64,000 nucleotides of DNA, taken from positions 96,001 through 160,000 of the forward strand of contig CAVRVY010000003.1 of NCBI GenBank assembly GCA_963724765.1. Reading direction: 5' to 3'. The translations under genes and the position numbers were made by a program. Positions 21,062 through 31,410 of the stretch are shown here, piece by piece. How positions within the stretch are numbered: position 1 is the first letter of the stretch; every line of letters begins with the position of its first letter. The notes beneath the pieces are model-generated. The model searched no databases, had not been told where the DNA came from, and saw only the letters and a program-made list of their open reading frames with translations. The DNA comes from an uncultured delta proteobacterium (GTDB taxonomy: Bacteria > Desulfobacterota > Binatia > Binatales > Binataceae).

Positions 21062-21410
21062 AAAGCCTCCAAAGAGTCGTAATTGTGGCTACAGCAAGAC
21101 CGATGCCGATCGCAAGTTTAACTTATTTTATGCAATGATAGGCAAAACTCACCTTTGACTTTGTCACCAGGCTTTCGAAGCGATGGAATATGCTTTACGC
21201 GCAGCATGGCGTTGCTACGATGCAACAACACCTTTATGATGCCTGATTCGCATTAATATGAGACAGAACCTGCCTTTTTGAGTGACTTAAGGCTTATCTG
21301 CGTACAGCGAGGTGCATCGATGCAACGATAAATGTCGCACAGACTGATGCAGGTATCCTGCGGTTCTACGCAGACAGCCGGACAAGTTGGATCAAATTAG
21401 TTGACTGCTA

Positions 21411-22560
21411 GTATTGTGTCCCACAAATAACTTTACAGGAGTGAGGCCCATCTGCTATGGTCCGGTGGAGGTTGAATGGGATGGGCAGGCCGAATGCAGC
21501 CTTGATGATTACTCAGTCGGAGCGGTCGCAACTGCGCTCGATCGTGCGTTCGCGCAGCCTGCCGCATTCGTTGGTGCGGCGCGCACAGATCGTGCTGCTG
21601 TCGGCCGCTGGCGCCGCCAACAGAGAGGTCGCCAGGCGCTGCGGGGTTAGTGCTCCGGTGGTCAGTCTGTGGCGCCAGCGTTATCAGCAACGCGGCATCG
21701 CCGGGCTGCACGCGGAACTTCGTCCGGGCCGACCGCGCAGCCATAGCGACGAACAGGTAGCGGGCTTGCTGCGCAAGGTACTGCACAGCAAGCCCGCCGT
21801 CGCCACCCACTGGAGCGTGCGCAGCGTGGCGGCGCATACTGGCATCTCCAAGAGCACGGTCGCGCGCTACTTCGCGCTGTTCGGCCTGCAACCACATCGG
21901 AGCAAGAGCTTTAAGCTGTCCACCGACCCGTTCTTCGTCGAAAAGGTCCGCGACATCGTTGGGCTTTATCTTAATCCGCCGGACAACGCGCTGGTATTGT
22001 GCGTGGATGAGAAGAGCCAGGTGCAGGCCTTGGAGCGCACCCAACCAGTGCTGCCAATGGGGCTCGGTTATGTCGAGGGAGTGACTCACGATTACTATCG
22101 TCACGGCACTACCACGCTCTTCGCGGCACTGGACATCGTCGACGGCGGGGTCATCTCCCAGTGCAAGCCGCGCCATCGCCACCAGGAATTCCTGAGCTTT
22201 TTGAAACATCTCGATGCTAATATGCCGGCCGATCTTGAACTGCACCTGATCGCCGACAACTACGCGACTCACAAGCATCCCAAAGTCAGAGCGTGGCTCG
22301 CCAGCCATCCGCGCTTTCACCTTCACTTCACGCCCACCTACTCAAGCTGGCTCAACCAGATCGAGCGCTGGTTCGCGCTTATCACCCAGCAAGCGATTCG
22401 CCGCGGCTCGTTCCGCAACGTCCGGGAACTGGTGGGGAAGATCGACGCCTACGTGGCTCATTACAATGCCCACAAGCGGCCCTTCGTCTGGACTGCCACC
22501 GCCGACTCGATATTCAACAAACTCCAGCGCATCTGTAAACTTATTAATGGGACACAACAC
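21411..22560 (+). mobile_element. Complete IS630-family IS
   Basis: IRs gtattgtgtcccacaaataa / ttattaatgggacacaacac with TA on both flanks. Confidence 0.92.
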
Positions 22561-22563
22561 TAG
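21481..22563 (+). CDS. IS630 transposase
   Basis: LCVDEKSQ, IADNYATHKHP, PTYSSWLNQIERWF. Confidence 0.95.
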   Translation: MGRPNAALMITQSERSQLRSIVRSRSLPHSLVRRAQIVLLSAAGAANREVARRCGVSAPVVSLWRQRYQQRGIAGLHAELRPGRPRSHSDEQVAGLLRKVLHSKPAVATHWSVRSVAAHTGISKSTVARYFALFGLQPHRSKSFKLSTDPFFVEKVRDIVGLYLNPPDNALVLCVDEKSQVQALERTQPVLPMGLGYVEGVTHDYYRHGTTTLFAALDIVDGGVISQCKPRHRHQEFLSFLKHLDANMPADLELHLIADNYATHKHPKVRAWLASHPRFHLHFTPTYSSWLNQIERWFALITQQAIRRGSFRNVRELVGKIDAYVAHYNAHKRPFVWTATADSIFNKLQRICKLINGTQH

Positions 22564-23134
22564 CTAATTGTTGGCCAATCTTGCCTCAGATTGGATGAGG
22601 CTCTTCGGATCGCACCCGTCGCTTCACAGATCAAGAACGCCAGCGCAAAAGAGGGGTGAAAATTGGCGGCGCCGCGATTCTGTCGACTGGCCTTTTGAAC
22701 GATCTAGACTCATGCAGCAGGGAAGTGCTGGCTTCCTGCGAATATCGCGGCCGTCGAAGTGAAGGTCTGGAGATCCGAGGGATTGCCTCACGGGTTCCGT
22801 AAGTGGGAAACGGATAATAGTGACCCCAAGGGCCTCGCCCAGGAAATGGCACAATTTGTTACCGACGTGAAAACCTGCGCGACCGTCCTTGTGCGGCGCG
22901 GAGCGGTGTGACGGACAGCGCTATGATGCGAAGAAGCCGGAAGAGGGGTTGGTTAAGAGAGAACAACTTCACGATTTTGGCTGAGAACGGCTTCATGATT
23001 TTGACAGTGTGCATACTTCTTGTTTTGGCTTGGATGGTGGGAGGGTTGTGACTTTTCCTAGCGACACTCACCGAGATGCCCGGCTTTTTTGTCCGACTCC
23101 ACCGCAACACCCGTCGCCGAAGTTCGCGAGCCCG

Positions 23135-23162
23135 TTGACGGCGTGACAGGCCGCGCTACAAT
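23135..23162 (+). promoter_or_regulatory. Sigma70-like promoter
   Basis: TTGACG-N16-TACAAT, about 30 bp before the small ORF at 23195. Confidence 0.4.
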
Positions 23163-23194
23163 CGGCGCATGCGACATATCAGAATCGCGTACAG

Positions 23195-23401
23195 ATGCCA
23201 GCTAAGACCAAACGGCTCGTGGGCACCCGCGTTTCAATTGATTCTCATCGAGGCGGTCAGATACGAATTTTGCCGCCGCTCTCGGCCGCCGATCCCAACC
23301 TGACGGTTCCGACCAAAGAACAGACTGAGGCTTACAGTGACGCGGCAGCGCGGGAGTGGTGTGCCAAGAACTATCGGGGCTGGCTGGCGCTGCCGGTTTA
23401 G
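23195..23401 (+). CDS. Small hypothetical protein
   Basis: 68-aa ATG ORF downstream of a promoter-like sequence. Confidence 0.35.
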   Translation: MPAKTKRLVGTRVSIDSHRGGQIRILPPLSAADPNLTVPTKEQTEAYSDAAAREWCAKNYRGWLALPV

Positions 23402-23429
23402 CGGCAATTTTTCGCAGCGTGTCCCCAAA

Positions 23430-23587
23430 GCGCGTCGCCCGCCGAATATCGCGAACCCTCTTCTCCGCCTCGTCCGCGTGCGTCTCCATTTTGGATCTCA
23501 TCTCCGCTCCTTTCGCGGTTACGATGAGCCCTAAACTCTCTCTTCCTCAATCACGCCCTTTTGTCCAACTTGTGCTGACGGGGAACA
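23430..23587 (-). mobile_element. IS3-family left-end remnant
   Basis: Terminus TGttccccgtcagcacaag; RBS plus OrfA start MRSKMETHADEAEKRVRDIRRATR, then truncated. Confidence 0.7.
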
Positions 23588-23796
23588 AAAAGAGCACCCA
23601 GCGCGTTCGCCTGAGCTCTGGGATGTCTCCTCCAGTTCTTGGGATTAGGCACAAGGTCTCCCGCTCGCACCCGACGAAGGTCCTTGATCCGGTCCCTAAT
23701 CTGTAGCGGTGTTCCCTCGCCAGCCTGGTCTGCAGTTACGCGGACGGTCGATTGCTGCTCGCTGTGAGAATCGGACAGTGTTTCTGTCGTCGCCAT
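23588..23796 (-). pseudogene. ParB-like N-terminal domain (phage methylase-type) cut by IS3
   Basis: IRDRIKDLRRVRAGDLVPNPKNWRRHPRAQANAL ends at the IS3 terminus. Confidence 0.65.
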
Positions 23797-23951
23797 GTTT
23801 CATTCCCCTCACTTGGACACGCCCGATCGCAGCTCCGCTATCTGTTCACGATCGCGTTGAGCGTGGCGGTGTTCGATGCGCGACGCTCTTTGCGCCGTGA
23901 TCAATAGCTTGAAGCGCGAATCGTGAGAGGGGAACTAATCGAGCGTCAACT

Positions 23952-24668
23952 TCAGCGAGTCCTTGCGGAAGTTGACGACCGTAAGGTGAGTTCGATGTAT
24001 CTCGCTAGCTCGACGACTGCTTTGCGGATGGTCTGCCGGCCGCCATTGAATTTGTACGAGGAATGTCGCGCGATCGATGCGAAGGGTTCGCTCTTGATCT
24101 GGTAACGTATCAGCCGGTCGAAGTGGCCGACGTCCCGTCGGCGCGGAGATCGTTTCAAGCCCGCGGCTAGCGCGGCAGCCTCGATGCGATTGCAGTAGAC
24201 GTCAAGCGCTTGGTTCACCTGTTGAAGAACGTCTTTCTTGAAGTCACGCCGCCGCCGCCACGTTGGATCGTGGTAGAACGGTCCGAGCTTTAGCGGCTCA
24301 AGCTTGAATGGGAAGAATCCCGCAAAAATGCCCGTGCGCTCAAATTCCCAGCCCCTAACCTCAGGATGAGCAACCCACCAGCGCAGGGTGTCGTGCGCGA
24401 GCAGCGTGCACCATCGATCGGTCAGGTGCCAGCGCTCTGCCCACGCTGCCAATGCACGTTCGTCATCGACGGACACATTGCGGAGCGTTGCGACCAATTC
24501 TGGTTGCAGCTCTGCGGCGCGTGCAAGGAAAAGCCTCCGATGCGCATCGGGCGCGCCAGGTACCAAGCCAGTACGGCCGTCAGAGGCGAATCCCGGTACA
24601 TAGAAATCGCCTAACGGCCACGCTAGCCCTGGTGACGTGATCGTGCCTTCTCTTGCCGCTGGTTTCAT
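23952..24668 (-). CDS. Hypothetical protein with C-terminal HTH-like segment
   Basis: 238-aa ORF with ggagg RBS; FASIARH...RQTIRKAVVELARYI. Confidence 0.6.
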   Translation of the reverse strand: MKPAAREGTITSPGLAWPLGDFYVPGFASDGRTGLVPGAPDAHRRLFLARAAELQPELVATLRNVSVDDERALAAWAERWHLTDRWCTLLAHDTLRWWVAHPEVRGWEFERTGIFAGFFPFKLEPLKLGPFYHDPTWRRRRDFKKDVLQQVNQALDVYCNRIEAAALAAGLKRSPRRRDVGHFDRLIRYQIKSEPFASIARHSSYKFNGGRQTIRKAVVELARYIELTLRSSTSARTR

Positions 24669-24854
24669 CCTCCGCCTCCCCTCCCGGGTTTCTTGGGGTC
24701 AGGAAACGCCAAGCCGAATGACTGTCGCCAGCTGTCCCCGGTTGAGAGGAAGCAGGCGACCAGAGACAACAAGTATAGCAACTCGTTGGTTCAGTTCAGG
24801 TGGCCGACCGTCGCGCCCAACTGTTTGGCGAAGCACGGTGCGTAGAAATAGGGG

Positions 24855-24982
24855 CGTGGCGCAGAGATGGACGCGAGATCCGCCTTGATCGTGCGACTCT
24901 GTCGGATCGCGTATGGTCCGAGCCCATCGAGAGAGTGGCAAAGGAGTGGGCGCTCTCTGGTCGCGGCTTAGCGAAGGCATGC
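24855..24982 (+). pseudogene. Fragment of an MGE-associated HTH hypothetical protein
   Basis: LDRATLSDRVWSEPIERVAKEWALSGRGLAKAC; no start, truncated. Confidence 0.4.
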
Positions 24983-25422
24983 GGTCCGTTTATCCCCACG
25001 CTACGGTCATGGCAATCGAAGGACTTTAGACGAACAGGTATGCAGGCCCCGGCATAGGACGGTCCTGAGCTGCCGTGGGCAAGGAGGTTTCTCATCATGA
25101 ACAGGGACACCGGTCTACCTTTCGCGTTGGGCACGGTTGGCGGTTCAGCCTCGAAGCAAATTGAAAGAATGGGAGCGCGATCGGGAGACACTGATAGCCG
25201 GTCATCGAAGGCCCCCCCCGACAGGACAGAGTTACAGAACAGGATTCCTTCATGAGCACACGGGCGGCGACGCTACGAGCCAACCGCGCGTAGTGGCCAA
25301 AGCCTGTAACCAAAAGCGTGACTGTTCGTCTTTAGCGTTCAGACGTGCAGTGCGCCGCACTCTCAAGGAGCTTTCGCGGTATGTGGGGCAATGATTCAGG
25401 ACCGGTCTGGGTCAAAGGCAAA

Positions 25423-25800
25423 ATGCGATTGCTTGAGTCGATTTTGGGCGTAATGGTCGTTCTGGCAGCGCTCGCATTTCAGTTGAACTTCGCACGAGCC
25501 GAGGAGCCGGATGCGACATCCTCGCCCGGCGCATTCGTGCTCAGCGGCAAGGACGATTACGTATTTCATTGCGCCTCGTGCCATGGGCTCGATGGCAGAG
25601 GCACTGGACCCGAAGCCGAGACATTGAAGGTCAAGCCGGCGAATCTGGTTCTATTATCGAAACGAAACGGCGGCAGCTTTCCGCAAAAGCGTGTATTCGC
25701 AGTGATCGACGGCCGCGAAGTGGTCCAAGCACACGGGACGCGTGATATGCCCGTGTGGGGCGAGAGCTTTGCGCCGGAGACGACTAACGCTTTCGACCCT
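25423..25800 (+). pseudogene. Cytochrome c, 3'-truncated by IS
   Basis: Signal peptide, CASCH, HGTRDMPVWG; interrupted at the IS terminus at 25801. Confidence 0.8.
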
Positions 25801-26120
25801 TGTGCCTCCTGAAAACCTTATCCGGGATGACGCGCGGATGGGCGTATGATAGTGAAGCGGCCTATGGTCGCGTTTCTGACTCAGCCGCTGCTTGCTATGC
25901 GGTCGCGGTTCGCGCGGCGAACGCGGCTTGGGGCCGAGAATCTCCTCCTGCGCCAGCAGCTGGTAGTTCTACGGCGCAAGTCCCCGACGCGCGTGAGACT
26001 GTGGAACATCGATCGCTTGCTGTTGGTATGGCTGTATCGACTTTACCCCTCGCTCCTGGACGCGATCATCATCGTCTAGCCGGAGACCGTGATCCGCTGG
26101 CACCGACGTGGTTTCCGGGC
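25801..26120 (+). mobile_element. rve-integrase IS 5' remnant
   Basis: Terminus tgtgcctcctgaaaac; AENLLLRQQLVVLRR...IIV*PETVIRWHRRGFR with an in-frame stop. Confidence 0.8.
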
Positions 26121-26240
26121 CGACCACGACTCCGTCATGCACCAGCACCGGCACCATCCCCGTTGGATTGATGGCCACGAACTCCGGCGTCAGATGCTGT
26201 TAGGTCCACCGTATGGCTGATCCATCAGCCCCTTCTCTTC
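26120..26240 (-). pseudogene. Glutathione S-transferase N-terminal fragment
   Basis: AINPTGMVPVLVHDGVVV. Confidence 0.5.
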
Positions 26241-26543
26241 TAGACAAAGGCGCTCCTTTTGCGAACAGTTCGACATCGAAAAGTGATAGAGATGAAGGCC
26301 CTTGAGATTGCGAGCCTCGGCGCTGTGCGAACTGATGATCGGCATTTCACTCGCTCTCCACGTGTTTTCAGCTGTCTTCCGCCTAAGCAGTCACGGCAAG
26401 CGTTGCGATTTCCGGGATTGCACCTATAACTACCGCTGCGAATCCGAGCCATTCCCCCGCGACAGGCTAGTAAAACACCTTCCGGTATTCACGTGCAGGG
26501 TGCCTGAAGCGTTCCATCGTACATGGAATGCTGCGTCATGCGA

Positions 26544-28097
26544 TCACCATCCTCCTGGCCCCCATCGTCGGCTCTTGATCAGTCTGCCAAGGCCGCCGTA
26601 TTCCCCACGCGGGCCATCGACATCCTGTTCGTCCCGGGACGACGGCCGACGTCGGTCCGACCGTACCGGTGTGTACGAGAACTCGCGGCGATTTGCCGCA
26701 AGGAAGGTGAACGCGCCACACGCCGCGTCGACCTGATCGTCGTGCGCATATTCTCGTTCGTCGGGACTGAACTGCTCGCACTCATCGAGGAACGCCTCGT
26801 TCCACGCGCCGCGCAGGATTTTGACGTTGCTCGCCTCCGCGGCCGCACGAAACGCCTGCGAGCGCTCGAACTTCGAGCCCCTGACCGGGTCGGCTTTAAT
26901 CGGATAGCCGAGCAGTACACCCCGGCGCATTGAGTCAATCCAAAGGGCGCTCCCGCTTCCAGGCTCCTGCTGCAGGACTATCGGAATGGTACGGGTGTCC
27001 TGACCAGCGATGTTGGCGATAAAGGTCTCGACCTCGTGCGGCGTCGCCTGAGCCCGCGCCACGTGCAGAATGTAGCCCATCCCATTACGGGCAATGCCGT
27101 ATTTGACGCCGACGGTAAAATCGCTGGTTTTCTTCTTCTGATAGGCTGTGTCCCAGTACCGAACTAGTGTCAGCTCCGCCGGGGCGTGATCGATGACCTC
27201 GAACCACTCACGCCGGAGCACGCCACGCGAAGAACGCGCCTCCCAGTCGCCTTTGAGGATGCGGGCGCGGGTTACGGGGTCCAGGTTAAGGAGAGACTTC
27301 TCGTAGTCTTCGCGATTGATATAGGGATTCTCGCTGAGCCGGGCGGGCACGAATATACGGTCGCCGGCAGGAGCTCTTAGGCGTTCAACGAATCTCCTTT
27401 TGACCCAATCATGACCCACGTTCCCGGGATTCGAAGCCGCACGCATGCGCAGTGGAATATGTGCGGCTTCTACGTGCTCAGTTTTCTTGCGCACGACGCG
27501 AAAGCGCTGACGTTCGAGCTCTATGCACTCGGAGTAATCTTTCTTACGCTGCTGGTGAACCCTATCGCGGTGACCTCGGGATAGCATTTCAATCTTACAA
27601 GCCGGACATGCAGGAGCGCGCAAACGCGCGAATAGATCGAGATAAACCTTCTCCGAGAATTGGGTTAGTTCGTCGACGCCGATAAAATGAAATTCAGCTG
27701 AAGCGTAGCGATCGATGTCACGTGATCCCGCCAAATAGCCGAAGGTGAGCGTCGCGCCGCTTGCGAACTGCCACTGGTTCTTGGACTCATTCCAGTGCAC
27801 GTCCTTACGTCCGCGGAGCCAGCCATGCGCTCGATCGAGCAGTGCATTAGGCAGGGTCAGATCGGCAACGTGCCGTCGAATGATAAGCGCGTGGTAGCCG
27901 GGTATGTCGGCGTATTGGAGCGCAGACATCAACAAAGCATCAGATTTGCCACCACCTCCGGCACCACCATAGAAGGCTTCGAGGCAGTCCAACAGCAGGA
28001 ACGCGGCCTGATGCGACGTTGGCACATGCGGTATAAATGTATTTAAGCGCGCCTCAAACGGATCGAGTTCGAGCGCAGGATTGCAACTATCCTTCAT
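26544..28097 (-). CDS. Phage terminase large subunit (Terminase_6-like)
   Basis: YGGAGGGGKS Walker A, IGVDELTQF Walker B, ASNPG, RYWDTA, HDDQVDA nuclease motif. Confidence 0.92.
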   Translation of the reverse strand: MKDSCNPALELDPFEARLNTFIPHVPTSHQAAFLLLDCLEAFYGGAGGGGKSDALLMSALQYADIPGYHALIIRRHVADLTLPNALLDRAHGWLRGRKDVHWNESKNQWQFASGATLTFGYLAGSRDIDRYASAEFHFIGVDELTQFSEKVYLDLFARLRAPACPACKIEMLSRGHRDRVHQQRKKDYSECIELERQRFRVVRKKTEHVEAAHIPLRMRAASNPGNVGHDWVKRRFVERLRAPAGDRIFVPARLSENPYINREDYEKSLLNLDPVTRARILKGDWEARSSRGVLRREWFEVIDHAPAELTLVRYWDTAYQKKKTSDFTVGVKYGIARNGMGYILHVARAQATPHEVETFIANIAGQDTRTIPIVLQQEPGSGSALWIDSMRRGVLLGYPIKADPVRGSKFERSQAFRAAAEASNVKILRGAWNEAFLDECEQFSPDEREYAHDDQVDAACGAFTFLAANRREFSYTPVRSDRRRPSSRDEQDVDGPRGEYGGLGRLIKSRRWGPGGW

Positions 28098-28162
28098 TAC
28101 GGTTTTTCGCTCTCTTCAGCCATCTGGCTTTTCGTTCGCTCCATTTATGTAAAGGTGGATCA

Positions 28163-28639
28163 TCAATCTTTCTTATTCGGTGGCGTATCGGAGTCTGATT
28201 CGTCGCTGCCTGCGGCGTCAGGAGTGAGGTAGCCAGCCCGCTGCAGAATTGTCGCGATCTCGAATTTGCGCTGATGCTTTTCCTCCGCCGACGGCGGCGG
28301 CGGAAGTGGTGAACGTTCGGCTACGGCTGAGCGCGAAGCTTGGTGTTCTTCGATTCTCGGAATCTGATGCGCCAGCAACAACTGCATGGCGCGATGGTCA
28401 CCCTGCGCCGCCTTGTTAACCAGCTGTTTAAGGGTTGCTTCCAGCTTGGTTAATGATCTCCGGACGCCGTTCTCCGAGACGATGACACGCTCCCGAAGGG
28501 CCTCGTCCAAGAGCGTCGATGCGTTTCGCGAGCCGCGTGGGCGACCTTTGATGTTTCCAGAGTGGCCCTTCTTGAATTGCGTATGTCGCGGCGGCTTGCC
28601 GTAGCCTATGTCGTAATCTCTGCCTTCTCTTGCTCGCAT
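28163..28639 (-). CDS. DUF5681 protein (terminase small subunit-like)
   Basis: IGYGKPPRHTQFKKGHSGNIKGRPRG, KQLVNKAAQGD; directly upstream of TerL. Confidence 0.85.
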   Translation of the reverse strand: MRAREGRDYDIGYGKPPRHTQFKKGHSGNIKGRPRGSRNASTLLDEALRERVIVSENGVRRSLTKLEATLKQLVNKAAQGDHRAMQLLLAHQIPRIEEHQASRSAVAERSPLPPPPSAEEKHQRKFEIATILQRAGYLTPDAAGSDESDSDTPPNKKD

Positions 28640-30006
28640 CCCTTTTCCTCCATCTCGGCTTGGACTTCGTTGAATGATCGCTCGGACGAGACATGACGGG
28701 CGTTATCGCGAGTAAACGCCTGCCATCGACGGATGATGGTGTCGACGTAAAGAGGATCTATTTCGAGTCCGTAACAGCGGCGCCCGGTGCGCTCTGCTGC
28801 GATGATTGTCGTGCCGCTGCCGAGAAATCCATCGAGCACGACATCCCGTCGTGAAGTGCAGTCTATGATCGCGTCTGCAACCAAGGCGACGGGTTTCACT
28901 GTTGGATGGAGCGCGAGCAGCCGGCCCTCATCCCCTGAACGCGAGAATGAATTCACCCCGGGATAATTCCAGACATTGCTCCGGTTGCGGCCATACTGCC
29001 CTAGCTGAACATTGTTCCGATGAGATCCGCGGCCGTGTTTGAATACGAATACCAACTCATGTCGGCTGCGATACAGCGATCCCATGCCTGCGTTATCTTT
29101 TGACCAGACGCAGAGGTTCTTTAGCTCCGTATAGACTTCGCGGCCAGCCGCCAACAGCTCAGCCATGTGCCTCCAGTCCATACATATGAAATGGAGCGCG
29201 CCCTCGACGCTATGCCGGGCGTGCAGTGAACAGGTTGTGGTGAGAAATGTCCTGAACTCGGCTTCGCTCATCTCACCAGAAGCCATCGCGAAATCGCGAT
29301 GTCGGACGGAGCCGAGACCGCTAACATTCCCATCGATTCGGACATTGTATGGTGGGTCGGTAAACACCATCTCTGCCTGCTCGGTCTGCATCAGCGCCGC
29401 ATAAGCGATTGGGTAGCGTGCATCCCCGCAATACACCCGATGCTCGCCCAACTGCCAAAGATCACCGGTACGCGTCACGGCCGGACCCAACGGGAGCGCC
29501 GACAGGTCATCGGCGTCATCCTTGTTCTCGTGCGTGGAGGAAGTTAGACCCTCGATTCGCATATCGATTTCGCCCATGTCGAAACCGATTGTCTCGAGGT
29601 CGAAATCGAGGTTCTGTACCGACAATTCCTTTAGTTGCTCAGCTAGCAATCGGTCATCCCAAACCGAGTTTTCCGTGAGTCGATTGTCGGCAATCATGAA
29701 TGCCCGCGCTTGAGCCTCGCTCAGATGGTTGAGGCAAATGGTGGGCACTTCGGTCCGGCCAAGCAGCTGGCAAGCCACGATACGGCCGTGGCCTGCGATA
29801 ACCTTTCCTTTTGCATCCACCAGCACCGGCACGTTGAAGCCGAAGGTCTCGATGCTGCGCGCGATCTGGCGGATCTGCCTGGGGCTATGCGCGCGCGGGT
29901 TCTGGGGATCGAGCTTGAGCTCGGAAATCGGACGATAGGCTACCTGAACCCGCAGGCCGGGCTTATCGAGCCCTCTCGTGAAATGTCGAGCAGCTGATTT
30001 TGTCAT
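28606..30006 (-). CDS. ParB-N domain + N6/N4 DNA methyltransferase
   Basis: NPRAHS...IAGHGR...IADNRL (ParB); TDPPY, HPTVKP, DGFLGSGTT; start inferred from the paralog's leader. Confidence 0.93.
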   Translation of the reverse strand: MTKSAARHFTRGLDKPGLRVQVAYRPISELKLDPQNPRAHSPRQIRQIARSIETFGFNVPVLVDAKGKVIAGHGRIVACQLLGRTEVPTICLNHLSEAQARAFMIADNRLTENSVWDDRLLAEQLKELSVQNLDFDLETIGFDMGEIDMRIEGLTSSTHENKDDADDLSALPLGPAVTRTGDLWQLGEHRVYCGDARYPIAYAALMQTEQAEMVFTDPPYNVRIDGNVSGLGSVRHRDFAMASGEMSEAEFRTFLTTTCSLHARHSVEGALHFICMDWRHMAELLAAGREVYTELKNLCVWSKDNAGMGSLYRSRHELVFVFKHGRGSHRNNVQLGQYGRNRSNVWNYPGVNSFSRSGDEGRLLALHPTVKPVALVADAIIDCTSRRDVVLDGFLGSGTTIIAAERTGRRCYGLEIDPLYVDTIIRRWQAFTRDNARHVSSERSFNEVQAEMEEKGCEQEKAEITT

Positions 30007-30135
30007 AAGCAGTTTCATAGCTCCCAAAATCTCGGTCGAGAGAAGTAATTGCTCGAGTCGTACGTGCTCCGGTACGTGTTCCAATACATTATCGATTTGA
30101 CGCTAGGTTCTATAATTCTCTACAATGATTTGATT

Positions 30136-31014
30136 ATGACAACACTCGAACGATGGGACTGGGTCAATCTCGGCGATAACGAAGGACGTGTGGACCGCCC
30201 GTCAGCGGGGCTTGCTTGGTCCACCCCTTCAGCCGCCGAGCTTGACGGCGAGTGGTTGCTTTTTCTCTATCGGATGCGCGTTCTTCGGCGTGGCTTACGT
30301 GCGTTTCAGGTTCGCACGGTGAAGGCGAGCGCTGGGCTGCTCACCGAATTCATCCAGCTTGAAGAGGCGCCTGCGGAGCGTATTCTCGCTTATGCTCACC
30401 GGCACGGTCCGTTTGGCTTCTGCCAGCATGGCGACCCCAGCCACCGTGTTCTTTCCGAGGGCTGCCCTGCGGCGGTCGCCACGACTGGCGCCGGCCAAGT
30501 CGCCGTCCGTGAAGCTCTCCAGTGGTGGCGCAACCTCGCGGGTCACGCCCGCGCGCTGCTCAACGCAGCGGCTCAACTGTTCAAGGGCCGAGTCGATGAC
30601 ATAACTCTCGTGCGGCTCAATCCTGGACTGCTTCTTAGGCCGATGCGGGTGCTCAGGGCTGCGCGGCGCGACCCGGCGCCCTTCGTCGCCTATGGTATGG
30701 AACTCTGGCTGCGCTTCTTTCAGGTGCGGCCGCGCGCCACCTACAATCCGCGGCGTAAGCGGTTCGAGATGAGAATTAGCGGTTCGTCGGCGCTGGCGGG
30801 CGCGCTGGCACTGCAAATCATGCTCGCGCTGACGCGCTCAGCCGGCATTGCGGTATGCTCGGGCTGCGGTAGGGTATTCCCGCCTTCCCGGCGACCCAAC
30901 CCCAATAGGAACACCTACTGCGACGCCTGTGGAATCAGAGCCGCCTGGCGCGAAGCGCAGGCTCGCCGACGTGAGAGAGAAAGCAATAAGTCGCAAGGCC
31001 GAAGGAATGCATAG
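30136..31014 (+). CDS. Hypothetical protein with C-terminal CGNR-like Zn finger
   Basis: CSGCGRVF...YCDACGIRAAWREAQARRR; close paralog at 44429-45301 fixes the start MTTLERWDW. Confidence 0.85.
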   Translation: MTTLERWDWVNLGDNEGRVDRPSAGLAWSTPSAAELDGEWLLFLYRMRVLRRGLRAFQVRTVKASAGLLTEFIQLEEAPAERILAYAHRHGPFGFCQHGDPSHRVLSEGCPAAVATTGAGQVAVREALQWWRNLAGHARALLNAAAQLFKGRVDDITLVRLNPGLLLRPMRVLRAARRDPAPFVAYGMELWLRFFQVRPRATYNPRRKRFEMRISGSSALAGALALQIMLALTRSAGIAVCSGCGRVFPPSRRPNPNRNTYCDACGIRAAWREAQARRRERESNKSQGRRNA

Positions 31015-31178
31015 ACATGCGGCGCCGATCTCGCACGCCTAGATCGTCGATTGGCAGAACGGACAGCTGACAAACCGCGAATCGTCGTGGCGAGGTATCG
31101 ATAATCATTTTCGAGACAACACTTCCGCGTCCCGCTCGCTAGCTCATCTTGGTTGCGGCAGGGCTCCCAAAGGCTCGC

Positions 31179-31361
31179 TCCCTGATCCGAAGAGGATCAG
31201 GGAATCTGAATTCCCTGATCCACGATCGAAATTCCCTGTTCCGATCTCTAGGGAATTCTCCAGAAAAGCTTAATGCCCACGCGAGGTTTTCACGCCGCTG
31301 GACGCCGAAATAGCCCTGAAAAGACGAAATTCCCTGTATTTACCTTGTTGATCAGGGAATT
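31179..31361. repeat. Array of (AAT)TCCCTG/CAGGGA(ATT) boxes, copy 1
   Basis: Boxes at about 31179, 31198, 31209, 31230, 31249, 31328 and 31353 in direct and inverted orientation. Confidence 0.9.
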
Positions 31362-31368
31362 GCTCGAT

Positions 31369-31410
31369 GGAGACTGGTTCGCATCAGACTGCATCATCCG
31401 CCACACAGTC
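31369..31410. other. Putative att core resembling a tRNA 3' end, copy 1
   Basis: ggagactGGTTCGcatcagactgcatcaTCCGCCAcacagtc, about 230 bp past the recombinase stop; inverted homolog at 43749-43788. Confidence 0.6.

Noticed and set aside
27450-27622. Intein in TerL
   Set aside because: Too short, with no C-terminal HN followed by C/S/T
28606-30006. Restriction-modification system
   Set aside because: No adjacent endonuclease; ParB-fused methylases next to terminases are phage/MGE-type orphans
31340-31403. tRNA gene ending in TCCGCCA
   Set aside because: Only a T-loop/3'-end resemblance; no D-arm, anticodon arm or pairing acceptor stem is visible
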